Shown here: one piece after another, positions 24,550 through 38,900 of the stretch
Layout: each line of letters starts with the position of its first letter
Numbering within the stretch: the first letter of the stretch is position 1
Origin: Epiperipatus broadwayi
Taxonomy: Eukaryota > Animalia > Onychophora
NCBI GenBank assembly: GCA_028023455.1
Contig: JAQFVV010000001.1
Location: forward strand, 13,454,001 to 13,518,000
DNA length: 64,000 bases
Direction: 5' to 3'
Program-made: the position numbers and the translations under genes
Notes under the pieces: model-generated
Seen by the model: only the letters and a program-made list of their open reading frames with translations
Database searches by the model: none
What the model was told of the DNA's origin: nothing

Positions 24550-25900
24550 GAGAATTTTTTCTTTACAAGGTATTTTTCAACACTATCTCGATTGTTGACT
24601 TAATAGTATAACCTTCTGCATTTGAACTTTGTTACTTCAGTTATAATTTATCCATTTGTATTTTTTAAGAAACTTAAGTTTACAACTTTCTTTTGATATC
24701 AAAAAATCTATTGACTAAATGTCCAAATTGTTTTAATCTAATTATATTAAATAGACCAGCCATAGTGAAAAATATGTTTATATCTTCTTTCACTGCATAT
24801 TGGGCATTTGAGATCTGAGAGATCTATCTTTAAACTTGCATTTTTAATGCCTTTTGGTCTATTGTTTATGTATATATTTTTGTCATTCTTAGTGGATTTT
24901 TTTAAAAATTTCATCATTAGTTTTTTTAAAAGATCTTAAATATTTTTTTATTTTTATTTACCACTCTATCTTCAAATATTCATTTTAATTTTTGTGGCTG
25001 TTTTATCTCTGAGAATTTTTTTTAAATGTTTATTTATAGTTGTCTTACTTCACCATTATTTATAGCCAAATATGTGTCTAATGTTATTTTAATAGAAAAC
25101 TAATGATGCTTTCTGAAGAAGCTTAATATCCAGAACTTAGTCTGAGGATTTAAAAAAGTAATAATACTATCAAGTGTCCCATTGTCTAATCTTATTTAAA
25201 ATAGATAGCTCTGGAGTAAAATGAATTATTTCCAACAAATTCCTCTCTTTGTATGCTCTGACTTCATATATGAGAGTAAAATGTAGAATCAATCAAATCT
25301 GAAACTAGAAATTTTATACAGTAATCATACAAGTAAATATAAAATGTGAACTTTAAAATATATACAAAAAATTATTGTAAAGACAATATAAAAATATTAT
25401 ATAAAATCTTTTTATGATTAAATTTAAATAAACTCACAAAATAATTTTATACAAAAATTATGATTTAATATCATGTCATTGAAATCATTGATAAATTGAT
25501 AGTATATAATTATAAATTCAGCAATAATATATATTATGCTTTTATATACTATTTCATCTAGAATGAACAATATATTGAATATAGTCTAGATAGATTTTCA
25601 TCTGTTTTGCAAGTAGACTATACTTTTGCATAGAGCCAAGCTTTTTGTTAATCATTAATGTTATTGAAATATGCCAAAAGTATTTCATGTACTTGAACAG
25701 TATTTTAAAAAAGTAGAAGCTTAGAAACATGATCCTCCTCCCAATATTATAATGTTGCTAAAAGATAGTGAATATTCAACTTGACAATCCTATTTCCATT
25801 TTTTTTAAATGCTGATGAAATGTATGTAGATTATCATATTTTGGTATATTTCAAACTCTAGAATTAGTGATTAATAGTATATCTGGCTCTGAACAAAAGC
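24550..25900 (-). pseudogene. Heavily decayed RTE-like LINE remnant
   Basis: Minus strand reads NIIRLKQFGHLV, resembling the RL.W.GHL.R C-terminal motif; boundaries are approximate. Confidence 0.4.
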
Positions 25901-26989
25901 ATAATCTGCATAAAACATGGAAATAAATATAACCAGGACAACATTTTATGTTATCTATAAAACTCATCTTTTATAATTCTCTTGTATACATTTTTAAATT
26001 TTCAGAAGACAAATGAAAAATTCAAATGAAAAAAACCCACAATATTAGTCCTCATGAAGATATTGCAAGAATATCATAAATTGTTACTAATTGTCAATCT
26101 TTAAAACAAAGTTGTTAATTATATATATTGAAGATATGCTTAAAGAAGTTTTAACAATATTTGACTATGGAAATATTGCTTCAAGGAATAGACTGCTTAT
26201 ATTAGTAGCTGCTCTTTAGTATTAGATCAATAGGCAACAGAGAAAGTCTAAAACTCACCAGTCCAAATTATTTAGCCCTTTCCTGATTAGAAACAAAAAA
26301 ACTAAGATGCCATTGTAGAACTTCCAGACTAATAAAAGTAAATAAAACTTTTTCAAGAGGGTAATATAGGCTGTGTTTTGACACAAGAAGTTATACTTGA
26401 AAATAAAATTTATTCATTTAATTTGTTTCAGTCATTTTAAACCATACAAAAAAGTTATTTAAATAATAGAATTAATTCATGTTATTTTATACTATCTTAT
26501 AAAGTTCAAATGAGAACACATTAAATAATTTAGACAATCTAACTGTTGTTCCCATAATTGTGGGGTGCATAATATTATGTAACAGGATCTGGGAAATCAA
26601 TCTAATACTTCTCTGAAGGTTTGTGATGATAGTATACCAAGTTGTTTGTACTTGAAAAGTTTAAATTAAGTTTTTTTTTTTATAAGTTCAACATCTATAA
26701 TGATAGATGATGGAAATAGTTCAACATCTCACAATGTGATGTTTATATTATTTTTGATATAATATCATTTGAAGAAAAATGGTTAACTTTGTCAAAGTGG
26801 CTATTTTAAATGAAAAAGTGAGAAATATAATTAAATCTATGAATAATGGAACAACTTAAGGAAATGATGGGGAAATCGATATGTTAAATAAAGTAGATTA
26901 AAAAATACATTTTTGAAAAGTTATATAGTATGGGTGAAAACAGTAGTGATAATAATATGTAAGAAATATAAAAAGATATTAAAAATTGC

Positions 26990-28025
26990 AGATCTTTCAG
27001 TCTTCTTCCTATTAATATTAATATTAATACAACTCATCTAGTGGAGAACTTTTGGCTCAAACTAACCAAAAAAATGGTTATAACATAGTAAATCACATTC
27101 TAATATTAATAAAAGTTATTGAAAGTGCAAATGAATATGACTCGCCAATTTATATTGGATTTGTAGAATGTGAAAAATCAATTGACTCTATAAGCATTTC
27201 AGCAGTGATCAAAACTTTAAAAGATCAGCACATAGACCTGAAGAATATTTATTAAAAGGCAACAGCAGTTTTATGATGACATTAAATTTGATACACATCT
27301 CCAAAGTTTTTTACTGCAGTTTTATAAAAGTATTTTGTGAATTAAAATGGGAAGTTAGAGGAATAAAAATAAGTGATTTTTTAAAATCATCTAGAATTTG
27401 CAAATTATATATATATTACAAATAATGCTTCAAAGCTTCAGAACATGTTACAAAAGCTAACCGATAAAAATAAGAAAGTAAAACGAAAAAAAATACTACA
27501 AAGTTTAAACTAAGGCTCAATGGTTTTCCAAAATAATAATAATAAAGATTAGTAGTAATGAATTAGAAAAATTACTATCTACATATACTTATAGCTTAGA
27601 TTACTAATACTCATGAAAACATAATGAAATTAATTATTGAGCTAAACTTGGATGAAAAGAAAATATGCTAGCGTGTTTGAAAAGAAAGGTCTTTTTTTAA
27701 AAAAGGATTTTATCAGTTCTTACCTGAGACTTGATACTTAATTAGAAAAGTACTACATAATCTTCAGACCATAAAGTATGGACAGTTTTATATCGAGAAT
27801 GACGAAAAACAATAACGAAATGTATGGGTGAGAGAAAAACACGTATGGATTGAAAGAATTAAGAGGCTGGGATCCATCTAGACTTACATATTAGAAGAGA
27901 TAATAATAGATGCTTCGTTAATGAGATAAGAAAGTTTGCTGAAGTGATGCAGAGAGAAACTATAGATTAGGGGAAAACAGGATTAAATTTGAAGAGTTCA
28001 TCCTGTTTTGGATCAATATTGATTG
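26990..28025 (+). pseudogene. 5'-truncated decayed RTE-1-type LINE
   Basis: NHI..L.KVIESANEYDSPIYIGFVECEKSIDSI (IEK..EY..PLY.GFVD.EKAFDS), KWEVRGIKI, and a 3' EIRKFA segment. Confidence 0.75.
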
Positions 28026-29269
28026 AAAATAATTATGTATATATATATGAGAATCTTTATGGAATACTAATAAAAAATTTCTATTCTCTCATATAACAAA
28101 TCATGAGCAAAAACATTCACTGTAGTCAAATTTTAATTTGTTTTTCTTTCTTTCTGTTAATTAATTTAATCATTTAAAATGCTTTATGAAATTTGGTGCT
28201 TTTATTTTCGTAGTTCAAATGCTCAGAAGCGCTGCAACCGACACTAACATCCGCTAAATTCTCCTTTTACGATAACATGGCGAGCTAATAATTTGATCCT
28301 TGTTCCCCGAGAGTCCTAGACAATTATAGTGCAGTATTAAATACCAGATTTAATTGATTTTAAAATATATATAATTAACCAAGCTTTTGAAAATCAATAA
28401 ATTATCAGCTTTTGAATTTCCTTCAAACGACAAGTCAAGAAGAATTATTAATTGATATAAGTTGTTAAAAAAGATTTTAAATCTGTTTTATGTTCTAGGA
28501 GATATAAAAACGCAAAAATAAATAAATGAAAAATTAAGCTTATAACATAAAGAAAATTAACAATTACTTTTCTAATATATTATAATGGAAATTATTTCAA
28601 AACAATATATATATATTTTTTTTTACAAAATTACTTACATATGTCAGTTTATTATAAATACTATCAATTTCTAACACTATGAGATTTTAAAAAGTTGTCA
28701 CTCCAACTATATTCTAACCATTACAAATACACCCTGCAACTTCTTTTCCAATCAAACTAATATGTTAAGAAATTATCAAAAAAGCGTTGCTCGAACGTAA
28801 CGAACTCCTTAGCAATTAACTATTCTTTTATCAGATGGAGGTTATTGATTTCCATCAGCCCTTAATAATATTAACATAGCATCTATTCAAAATAACTTAT
28901 AAAATAGTAATTTGCTTATGATACAAATAATGAAGGGCATAAAAATATTTTAATCAGGAATGTTATTTTTAAAAAGATGACATGGTAGGAAAAATATTTT
29001 CTACAATAAAACTGCAGTGGCTAATGGACTGAGGTAATTAAAATAACAAAAAGCATATATTTATTGAGTGATAAAATTTTAAAATGCTGAGAATAAATAT
29101 ATGGATGATATGAATAATAATAAAAATCAGTCAATTATAGTCAACTATAACATTTTGAAATTGAAGAACAATTGTTATTACAAGTCTGTTTTAATAACTC
29201 TGGATAAAAATAAACAAAAAGACTGAAAAAGATTAGCTTATATTTTTATTTTTAACAAAAAAAAAAGAT

Positions 29270-30900
29270 TCTTTTATAGAATGATTGCTATAATGATATA
29301 TGCCAACAAAATTCTTCTAAAGATATAATAATAAAAAAGAATTTCTACATGAAGCAAATGTTGGCAATGAAACAAGAATCTTTTAGAAAAACCAAAGGAA
29401 CTAAAGATTATCCACCTTCAGTTGTATGATGGAAATGATAAGAAAATATCAGAAAGTGTATTTCTGGGTGTTTAATTTTGTGACAGCTTTTAAGTGATTT
29501 ATCTATTCTGATGTATGGAAAATTTCCAGGACATTACATACCAGAAGTCTTTATTCTTCTCATTAAAGAAGAAACCACTATAAAATCAGAATTTGTAATA
29601 CAGAGTAGTTTTTATGTTGAAATTGATATCATGGAAGGTGTATTCTTTCATCATTCCTCTAGGCAGACCTGAAAAAAAAAATAGAAGCTGCTTTAGAATA
29701 GGAAGTGGAAATTAAGCGAAAATAAAAATAAAAAACTTGAAAAATCTTATGCCATAAAAAACAAAGATGAAATATCATGCACTACTTCTAAATAGACAAA
29801 GATTATATCTATTAATACATTAAAACATTTTCAAATAAATGATAAAAACCTGGAATTAATAGGAAGTGATTTTGCAATAATGGAAGTTGCACCAAAGAAA
29901 TCTAACATAGAATTGTGATGAGTAACTTTATTAAAAATTAAAACGCCCTAATAAAAACAAAAGTGATAAGAATCCAAAATAGACTTTGTAGTTGAATTTT
30001 ACATAAAAATATTAGCAGTAAAATCTTTTGAATTGGGGTGCTGAAAAAGAGTTTAAAAATATTTTACCAAAAAAAAAAAAAAAAAAAGAAGTCAATTATT
30101 AAAGAAATTAAACTTCATTGCTCAGTGGAAACTTAAATAATGAAATTATCTTATTTTAAACATGTTATAAGAATATTTCATTGAAGAAAATATTGATGTT
30201 TGGTAAAATTAAAACAAATGAAAGCAAGGTTGTCTAGACCAGGATATGACTATAAGAACCATGACATGTTATTAGGAATAGAAGAGAATAGACTTTGTGA
30301 ATAGAATAACCAGAAATTGACAATAACTCAAGGAATGCAGCAACCACAAATTAATCAGAACACAAAGCTTCAAATTTTGGTAAAGAGGAAATTGAAAAAG
30401 TAATTTAAAATAAATAAATAACTGAAGAGCCAAGGATCGTTGATAATCAGGATTTATTAAATGACAATGTACTAATTCTAAAAAGTTTTACCATTATATA
30501 CTTCATTACTATATAAATGTATTAAAACAAAATAATCAAATTGCAACATTACAAATAAATATACAAAAAAAATAATAGTTTTATTATGACCAGAAAATAC
30601 TAGAGTTATATAAACCATTTTAAAGCAGATGAAAAATGTTAAGTCTATCTGCTCTCCAAATCAAATATGTCTGAATTTTATTTTCTATATTATACCATAC
30701 ATTGTAAGCAACAATATTTTTGATTGACTGAGATATTTAAGTTATTTACAAAGAAATTTTTGGGAGTTTAAAATGACTTGATGCGATCTATTATGGACAA
30801 GTAATGATCTAAAAAGTTATTTTCTTGTAGTGTCTTGCAGAAATAAATAGTGAGATATAAATCTGTTCTTAAAAAAAGTTGCTAATGAAAAGACAATGGG
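29270..30900 (+). pseudogene. Decayed RTE/BovB-like LINE
   Basis: Degenerate YR.I....ANKILL, EQ..FRK.KGT.D, F.NF..AF and G..QGCILS segments in order, with many indels. Confidence 0.55.
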
Positions 30901-31542
30901 AAAACTTATAAAAAGATTTGGAGCGATAAAGTGAGAAATGAATAATAATTTGCCATTAAATAAAAAAGTGAAAAAAAATAATACAAAAAATAAGATATTT
31001 TAAAGTTTGGTTTTCTACATTATAACCTTTAATTACCTATGTTTACGCTCTAATAGTAACTTGTTTTATGTTTAATCATTACTTTTCAAAATGATATAAG
31101 TACTTTTTTTTGTATGGTTATAATTATATTCTGCTGACCAGCCCATAAACTTAATTTTATTTTGAACATTTGTTTTTTAGGTTTTAATTTAATAGGATAT
31201 TTAAAGACTATTTTCTGTTTACATAATTTTGTACTACTAATAATATTAAAATATAGATAAATATTAAGAAGACAACGATTATTATGATAAAAGGGATGAT
31301 ATTAAATTGAAGTCATAGAAGTGATTGACAGCTTTCAACTCTTAGATTATTAAATAACAATATATTATTGAGCAACCAAGAGATTTACTGCAGATTGCCC
31401 CTTGGTAGAAGAAGAATGATTTACTTATTGAATGTTTTTTTTAATGCTATTTTGGAGATGTTCTTTAAAAAATATGTTTATAGTTATTGAATCCTGATTA
31501 AGCAAATTTTATTATTTTGATTCCATTTTCTATTTCTGAAAT

Positions 31543-34097
31543 GGTATTTGTTGATTAGACACACACGCCACATGATGGCATGATTTATGTGCTAAAACCC
31601 ATAAAAATGCTGTTTACATGGCTGAACATATTTTCATAGCCATATGTTACATGTATACAACAGTTTGGTTGAACTACATATTGCAAGTCACTTTGTTACA
31701 TCACAGTAAATGATTTCTGCAAATTCACACACTTCACACTTTTTTACAATGTTGTGTGAGGGTGTGTGTCTTACAATTATATATAAATTGTTAATTGTAA
31801 ATAAAGTTTTTTTTTTTTTTGGAATCACACGATTTAACCAAGCAATAATTATTGGAGGGTTTACACACTTCTGTAGTCAAGTTTTAAGGTGCAAAACCTT
31901 GTCAAAGAGTATGTCTGAACAATACTTTGGAGTGGGTAATGCATCAAATAACATATTCTCGATAACCTCAATGAGACAAAGAACACAGCACAGGAAAACC
32001 TAGGCGTTCGATTCTTGAAATTAACGAGCAGTTTGTTCAAGCTATATGTCTGATATATTACTGTAGCCATGAACAGCTGGTTTTTTAAATTTATATCAAA
32101 AAAAGAAACCGTAATAAGTGTGAAATTTGTTGATGTATACATTAACAATTAACGCTAGTATTAAGGAATTTAACTAAGATTTGGAATGGACTATAAATAA
32201 TATGCAACACATTGATTATAATTTAATATATTTTAATTCTTAAATATAGATTAAATAAACATAAGGGCATTGAATGACACATGCAAGTAGTTATAAAGTA
32301 AACATATAAACAACAAATATTAGCAAGTAATAGAATAATAACTGAATAAGTTATTACTTAACAAGTGTTTAGAGTTTTAGAATTTAAGTAAGAGGCAAGT
32401 TTTATTTTTAAAATACATTTAAAATGAGGTATTTGTTGATTAGACACACACCACATGATGGTGCGATTTATGTGCTAAAACACATAAAAATGCTGTTTAC
32501 ATGGCTGAACATATTTTCATGACCTTACAACAGTTCTGTTGTACTACACATTGCAAGCCGCATTGTTACATAGCAGTAAATGATTTCTGCAAATTCGCAC
32601 ACTTCACACTTTTTTACAGTGTCATATGAGGGTGTGTGTCTTACAGTTTTGTATAAATCATTAATACAACAGTAATAAGCATATTAAGTTTTACATTAAA
32701 AAAAAAAAATCCAAAAAAAAGTGAAACCAAAAAAAAAAAGCTTACTAACTCTAGGATTTATTTTTTAAACAAAAATAGGAAACCAAAACTACAACCGCAA
32801 TAAATGTGTACTAAGCTTTACATTAACCCCCCCCCCCAAAAAAAAAATGCGAAACCAAAAAAAAAAGCTTACTAACTTTAGGATTTATTTTTTGAACAAA
32901 AATAGGAAAACAAAAATACAACTGTAATAAGCGTACTACGTTTTACATAAAAAAAAAAAAGAAACCCCTAAAAAACCTGTAATAAGTTGTAAATTTGTTG
33001 CTATTAATAAGAAAAAGACCTTTAAAAACTACAAATTCTGTGTTTGATTTTTTTTTTTTGTTCTAAATTTGTTGAAGTTAATAAAAAGTACAAATTCTGT
33101 GTTTGTTTGTTTTTTATAAGAAAAAAGAAAGAAAATGCAGAAAAAATACGGCCTGGGAATGTTCATATTATAGTTTTTGCATAGCAACAATGGCATCATG
33201 CGGCGTGTGTGTCTAATCAACAATTACCTCTGAAATTATGACATTAATATGGTGAAAAAGTTACTAACTACGATGGAACATAGGTGAAATGGGATGATGG
33301 TTAAATAATACCATTTCAAGTGGAACGAAAAAAAAAATCTAATAAGTTTTAGGATTTGTTGATGTTTCAAAAAAACAAAGTGAAACCCCCCCAAAAAATG
33401 TAATAAGTTTTAAATTTGTTTATGTTATTTAAAAGAAAAAAAAAAGAAAAACCAAAAAAAAAAGCTTACTAACTTTAGGATTTATTTTTTTTAAAAAAAA
33501 TAGGAAACCAAAAATACAAACATAATAAGAGTACTAAGTTTTACATTAAAAAAAAAAAAAAAAAAGAACCCCCCAAAAAAAGCGAAACCAAAAAAAAAAA
33601 AAAAAGCTTACTAACTTTAGGATTTATTTTTTAAACAAAAATAGGAAACCAAAAATACAACCGTAATCAGCGTACTAAATTTTACATTAAAAAAAAAAAA
33701 GAAACCCAAAAAAACAAAAGCTTACTAACTTTAGGATTTATTTTTTAAACAAAAATACAACCATAATAAGCATACCAAGTTTTACATTAAAAAAAAAGAA
33801 TCCCCCCCCCCCAAAAAAAAAAAACCCCATAATAAGTTATAAATTTGTTGATATTAATTTTAAAAAAAGATCTTTAAAAACTACAAATTCTGTGTTTTAT
33901 TTTTTTTTGTTCTAAATTTGTTGAGGTTAATAAAAAAAAGTATTGAAAAAGTACAAATTCTGTGTTTGTTTGTTTGTTTTTTATAAGAAAAAAGAAAGAA
34001 AATGCAGAAAAAATATGGCCTGGGAATGTTCATATTTTATAGTTTTTGCATAGCAACAATGCCATCATGTGGCATGTGTGTCTAAACAACTATCATC
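31543..34097. mobile_element. Merlin-like non-autonomous DNA transposon with duplicated ends and internal ~125-bp tandem repeats
   Basis: ~39-bp TIR GGTATTTGTTGATTAGACACACACGCC... (starts with GG); 8-bp TSD TCTGAAAT at 31535-31542, 33229-33236 and 34098-34105; second left end at 32428; repeat unit aagcttactaactttaggatttattttt...ttttacatt at ~32740, 32865, 33465, 33605 and 33718. Confidence 0.7.
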
Positions 34098-34179
34098 TCT
34101 GAAATTATGCCATTAATATGGGCATAAAAGTTTTCAGTTATTAATAGCTACTAATAACTTACATTAGAATTTATAATAT

Positions 34180-34960
34180 CAGGGGCAGGGTGAATTAAAA
34201 GTGAGATTTTGCATTAGTTACATAAACTAACCCCTAGACCACAAAAAAATCCCAATATATCACAAGCTGAATTTTTAAATAATAAGTTTATTTAATATGT
34301 GACATATTGTCTTTTACATAGCAGCTATCAAGTCACAATGGAAGGCAATGCTTATGGGTCCATGCAATCCAGAAGTTCATAAACGTGAAAATCTATAGCA
34401 AGGCAATTGAAATATATTTACATGAAAACAATTATTAACTATATCTCATAAATTGTCATTGTTATATGATAGAAAAAATTGTAAAATTATTTTGAAAAAT
34501 CCAAACTACCTTTCACAACACATACTCAACATTTAACTTTTTTGTATACTTTTTTTTTTATATATATAAAGTAATGTCTGAAGTTAACTATTCTTTGAAA
34601 ATGTTACAAAAATATGATCTAGTCTTAGACAGAATTACAACCATACTAGATTGTGTACATAAACATTTTAATAATTTCAGAAACTCATATGACAAAATAA
34701 AATTAGAAGTTAAACAACTAACAGAAAAATGGGGGATAGATATTAATTTTCAAGTCAAAAGATAAAAATTGAGTGTCGATTATCGCCTTAATAATGAGAA
34801 ACAGTTATTTTAAATTAACGTCTTTTAAGAGTCATTCCAAAAAAGTTCACTACAGCAATATCACCTATGTATATGCCCTACATGGATTATGTTCTTATCT
34901 ATGTTGAAGAAAAAACAATTATTAATATAAGGGATGAGTTACATTAATTATCTTTTTTGG
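34180..34960 (+). pseudogene. hAT (ZMYM1-like/Tip100-type) transposase remnant
   Basis: CAGGGGC terminus-like start; VNYSLKMLQKYDL...FRNSYDKIKLEVKQLTEKWGI..NFQVKR resembles N..SK.LQ...DL...RN.F.....A..WG....F..KR. Confidence 0.55.
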
Positions 34961-34979
34961 TTTGGATTATAGAAAATGA

Positions 34980-35830
34980 TACATCAAATAGTATAAAGTT
35001 TTTACATATGTATATCAAACACACAAATAAATTATAAAATGATTATAAAACCTATCAACACTCACGGTATACGCATCCATGTCCTCCAATTTTACATAAA
35101 TTGGCTGGCTTCAAATGTTTTTGTATAGAAATTATAAATTATGGAAGTTTGAAGCAGACAGAAAAGACAACATTGAAAACTATATAAAAGACTTAGTCTA
35201 TTCATGTTAATATATTAAATAAAATTCTTAAAAAATTCTATTCATCTTTAAATACCAGGAACATTAACAACAATATTAATACATGGATAAGCCTTCCTTT
35301 TGTATCGCGTTTATCTAAAAAGATGAAAATAATCTGCTCAAACAAATTTAATATTAGTTTTAAAACCCCACTTAATTTTAATCAAATATTGAACAATACT
35401 AAAGAAAAATTATATGCAGACCAAGCTTTCCAAATAGTTTATAAAATTAATTTTTTATGAATCAATATATAATGCTGTTTACTATGGTGAGTCTCATCCC
35501 AATTCTCTATAAAATTAATGCAGCACACCCACACATATATATATACGAACACACTAAAACAGACCCCAATATTAGGTCTATATATATATATTTGAAATTG
35601 AGTCCGGCGAAATTTCAATTCACTTAATATTAAAGTCGTTTGCTGAGATCAACAATCAAAAAATAAAATATAAAGAGGCGTGATTTATTGCAAATAACAA
35701 CGCAATAAACAGGAATGACTATTGCATTGCATTCTCATGTAAATTGTATATTTAAATTATAAATTCTATTAATATAAAATTATATTAGTTCTATGAGTAT
35801 TAGCGACCTCGTCAAAAGCAGTGGTAAGCT
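34980..35830 (+). pseudogene. Penelope-like element remnant (RT thumb plus GIY-YIG endonuclease)
   Basis: YKT.QHSRYTH...HKLAGFKC, WISLPFVSRLSKKMK, FKTP, IVYKIN...VYYGES and EA.FIA...AINRND motifs in order, with stops. Confidence 0.75.
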
Positions 35831-35959
35831 GTAAATTTTTAAAATAAATTATTATCTTTCTAGCATAGTGTACTATCTCTATTTATTTAGTTATAATCCT
35901 ACAAATAATTTAATTAAAATAGTTACATCATTATGATAAAAGTATTTTTCTATTTGTTA

Positions 35960-38900
35960 AATTCAGTAGCAACATAATCAAATCTGCTTATTTAAATTGA
36001 TTCACATCATCAAATTAGTAACTATCCAAGCTAAAAGCTGCAGATTTTTTTTTCCATCCTTAGCAGATAAAAAGCTGAATTTTTTTTTAACATTAATTAA
36101 TAAGCCAAATGCATCAACTTAAATTCTTACAAATTTTAATGTTATCTTTCTATATCTTAAAAAAGAGGTTTCACTGGTTTACAATGTTATACAATTAATA
36201 AATATTGCTTTAAATTCCAATCCTTTTTCTACATTTCTGCTTGGGGATTTTAATATTGGTTATGATGAATTTAATCGTAAATATCTACATTTATTAAACA
36301 TGCGTTTGATGTGTGCACAGGGATTCTTTCCTCCTGATGCATGTTCCTTTTATACTAAACAGCACTCCACCTTAATTGATCTTCTATTTTACTCACCAGA
36401 TCTGCATTTTTACATTGACCCATCTTTATCTCCGGTTGTCTTTTCTGATCATCATGCTCTTATAGTATCTTTGAACATTGACCTTTCTTCTCAACACTCT
36501 GTACAAGCCAAGACTATGATTAGACTATTGCTGAAATCTGCTGCTCCAGAAGCAATTTTTTGGAGGCATATATTTTGTTTCATAAAATTTAACATTCTTT
36601 CTCTTGGACCAACAAAGGGTTGGTTTGCATTCATAAACATTTTATCTACATTAATCCAGTTTTATTGATGTAATTCAAGAAAGCCTAAAAAAATTACCAC
36701 CAAGTCAATCAGCAGTACAGAAAGTTATCTCTCTAAAACAACTTTTTTTCAATACACAAAAAATTCTTTATGAGTATCTGGCTATAAAAAAATCTAAATT
36801 ATACCTTAAGAAACCTCATACATTTTCAAGAGGGTATATAAGGTGGGCTCTTGGCTACAAGATAAAAGCCAAGACTCCAATGGCTATTAAATAGGGGATG
36901 ACATATTTTCAGGGATTCCTATGTTGATTAAACTTTATTTCACTATCAAACAAAATTAGCTGTTTCTAACTTTCTACCTCAACAGGAATTAAATAATAAG
37001 TCATATGAGCTGGCACATGGAATACTTGTGGAAGATGTCCATTCTAAACTTGCATCAATACCTGACAGTACTTATCCTGGTCTACATGGTATTCCAAAAT
37101 TTATACTAAAGCATCTTGAAGCCTTTTCTATACCAATTATCTGTAATATGATTAATTATCTTGCTGCAGGTTCATGGTTAATTGATGGTCTATGTCTCAT
37201 TCTCATGGTACCTTTTATGAAGAAGGAAATTATATCTTTCCCTCTTAGAAATCTGTGGCCAATATCAATGACTCCTCTGTTAATTAAGATCATTGAATCT
37301 ATAATCAAGGATAAAATTCAGGATCAGATTCTATTACAAATATGTAGCTGTCAATTTGCAAAAAAAGGGGCTTCAACGTTAGAAGCGATCAGCCTTTTCA
37401 AATTAATTGTTGAACATATCAGAAGAAATAGAAAATTGAAACCTATTGTTGTCCAGCTGGATATTGTAGCTGCATTTAATTGTCAGGTTTCCACACATGG
37501 TTCAGTTGCTTGCTGACATGGATATTAATCCTGGGATAATCAACATAATTTCTAATCTACTTTCTAATAGGAAAATTGCTATATCTTTAAATGGTAAATT
37601 AACGGAGTCTTTCATTCTTACTAAATCTATTCCTCAGGTCGCTCCTTTAAGTACATTTTTATTTATTTTATATGTTAATTCTTTTCTGAAATCTATAGAG
37701 AAAAATATTCCTGGAATCTTCATTCCTTACATTAATAAAGAAATTCATCTAATTGCATACATGGATGATATATCCATATTCCTGCCTTCTTGGAAGTACA
37801 TTCCAGATTTCATGAAGCTTATGTCCACTTTTTCAGAAGATTCAGGGCTTAGTTTCAACCTTGGAAAATCAGCAGCATGAAGACTATCCTCTGGAAACAA
37901 CATTCCCTCATCCTTCACAGCTAAACTGCAGAAATTTCTTGGGCTTTGCATTTAACCTCTCTCACCTTGCAATGAGGAGAGAGGTCCACAATTCAATCAT
38001 ATTAGTAACTAACAGAATAGTTGGTTCTCTACAGAAAGTATATATGTCTCTTTATTCCAAGACAGCCCTTTTGAACATGTTGTTATACTTACTTCATGCC
38101 ATTTATTAAATTCGTAGCTAAATTCATTCATGGTATCAACTCAATTTGTTCTAGGCTACTGTGGGGGGAAAGACTGTAGCAATTAGCCTCAGAAAGATGC
38201 ACACACCTACCAGACTAGGTGGTCATGGGCTGCACTCACTGAAAGTGTTTAGACTCCAGCCAGCCTTCAACTTATTTTTGAGACTGAATCATATTATCCC
38301 TCAATAATTTTATTTAGTTGATGTTGATCCAACAGACATCTGCCTCCAGCAATGAATTGCTGGTTGGCTGAGTTATTATTTGAAATTTTAAAAATGAACC
38401 TAATTCCTAATCCATCTAAATCACAAAAAGTTCAATACTGGGAGGCTTATTATCTCATTAATGAAGCAACAGTGCCTATTAGTTCAAGTCTTAACTTGAC
38501 AACATTTAATCTGCTGAAAAAGTTCAGATGGTGGAGTCTGGAACCAAAATACTTTGATTTCCTGATAAAAATAAAATTTAAATACACTACCAACTTGTAG
38601 CTTTTTAACAAGAAACCATGGATTTACTTCAACTGATGGTCTATGTGGTTTATGTCACAAAGATGAAGACACAATTGAGCACATTTTTGGTGTATGCAGT
38701 TATTTGCAAATTTGTAGAACTTTTATTTGCTTAATTTATAAACATAAAGGCTCATTGATACCTGCATTGATACAAGCAATTAAAGTGGGAGTTTTTGCTG
38801 ATTTTAGAAGTGCCACTTTTTTAATATATAATTTATGGCTAACTTGATGTGATATTCTCTTTAATTCCAATTGTACAGATCCTCTGAAGATCCTAATTAG

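Noticed and set aside
32700-33850. Regularly recurring ~125-bp repeats as a CRISPR-like array
   Set aside because: Eukaryotic context; the units are whole tandem repeats separated by homopolymer runs rather than unique spacers; no cas genes.
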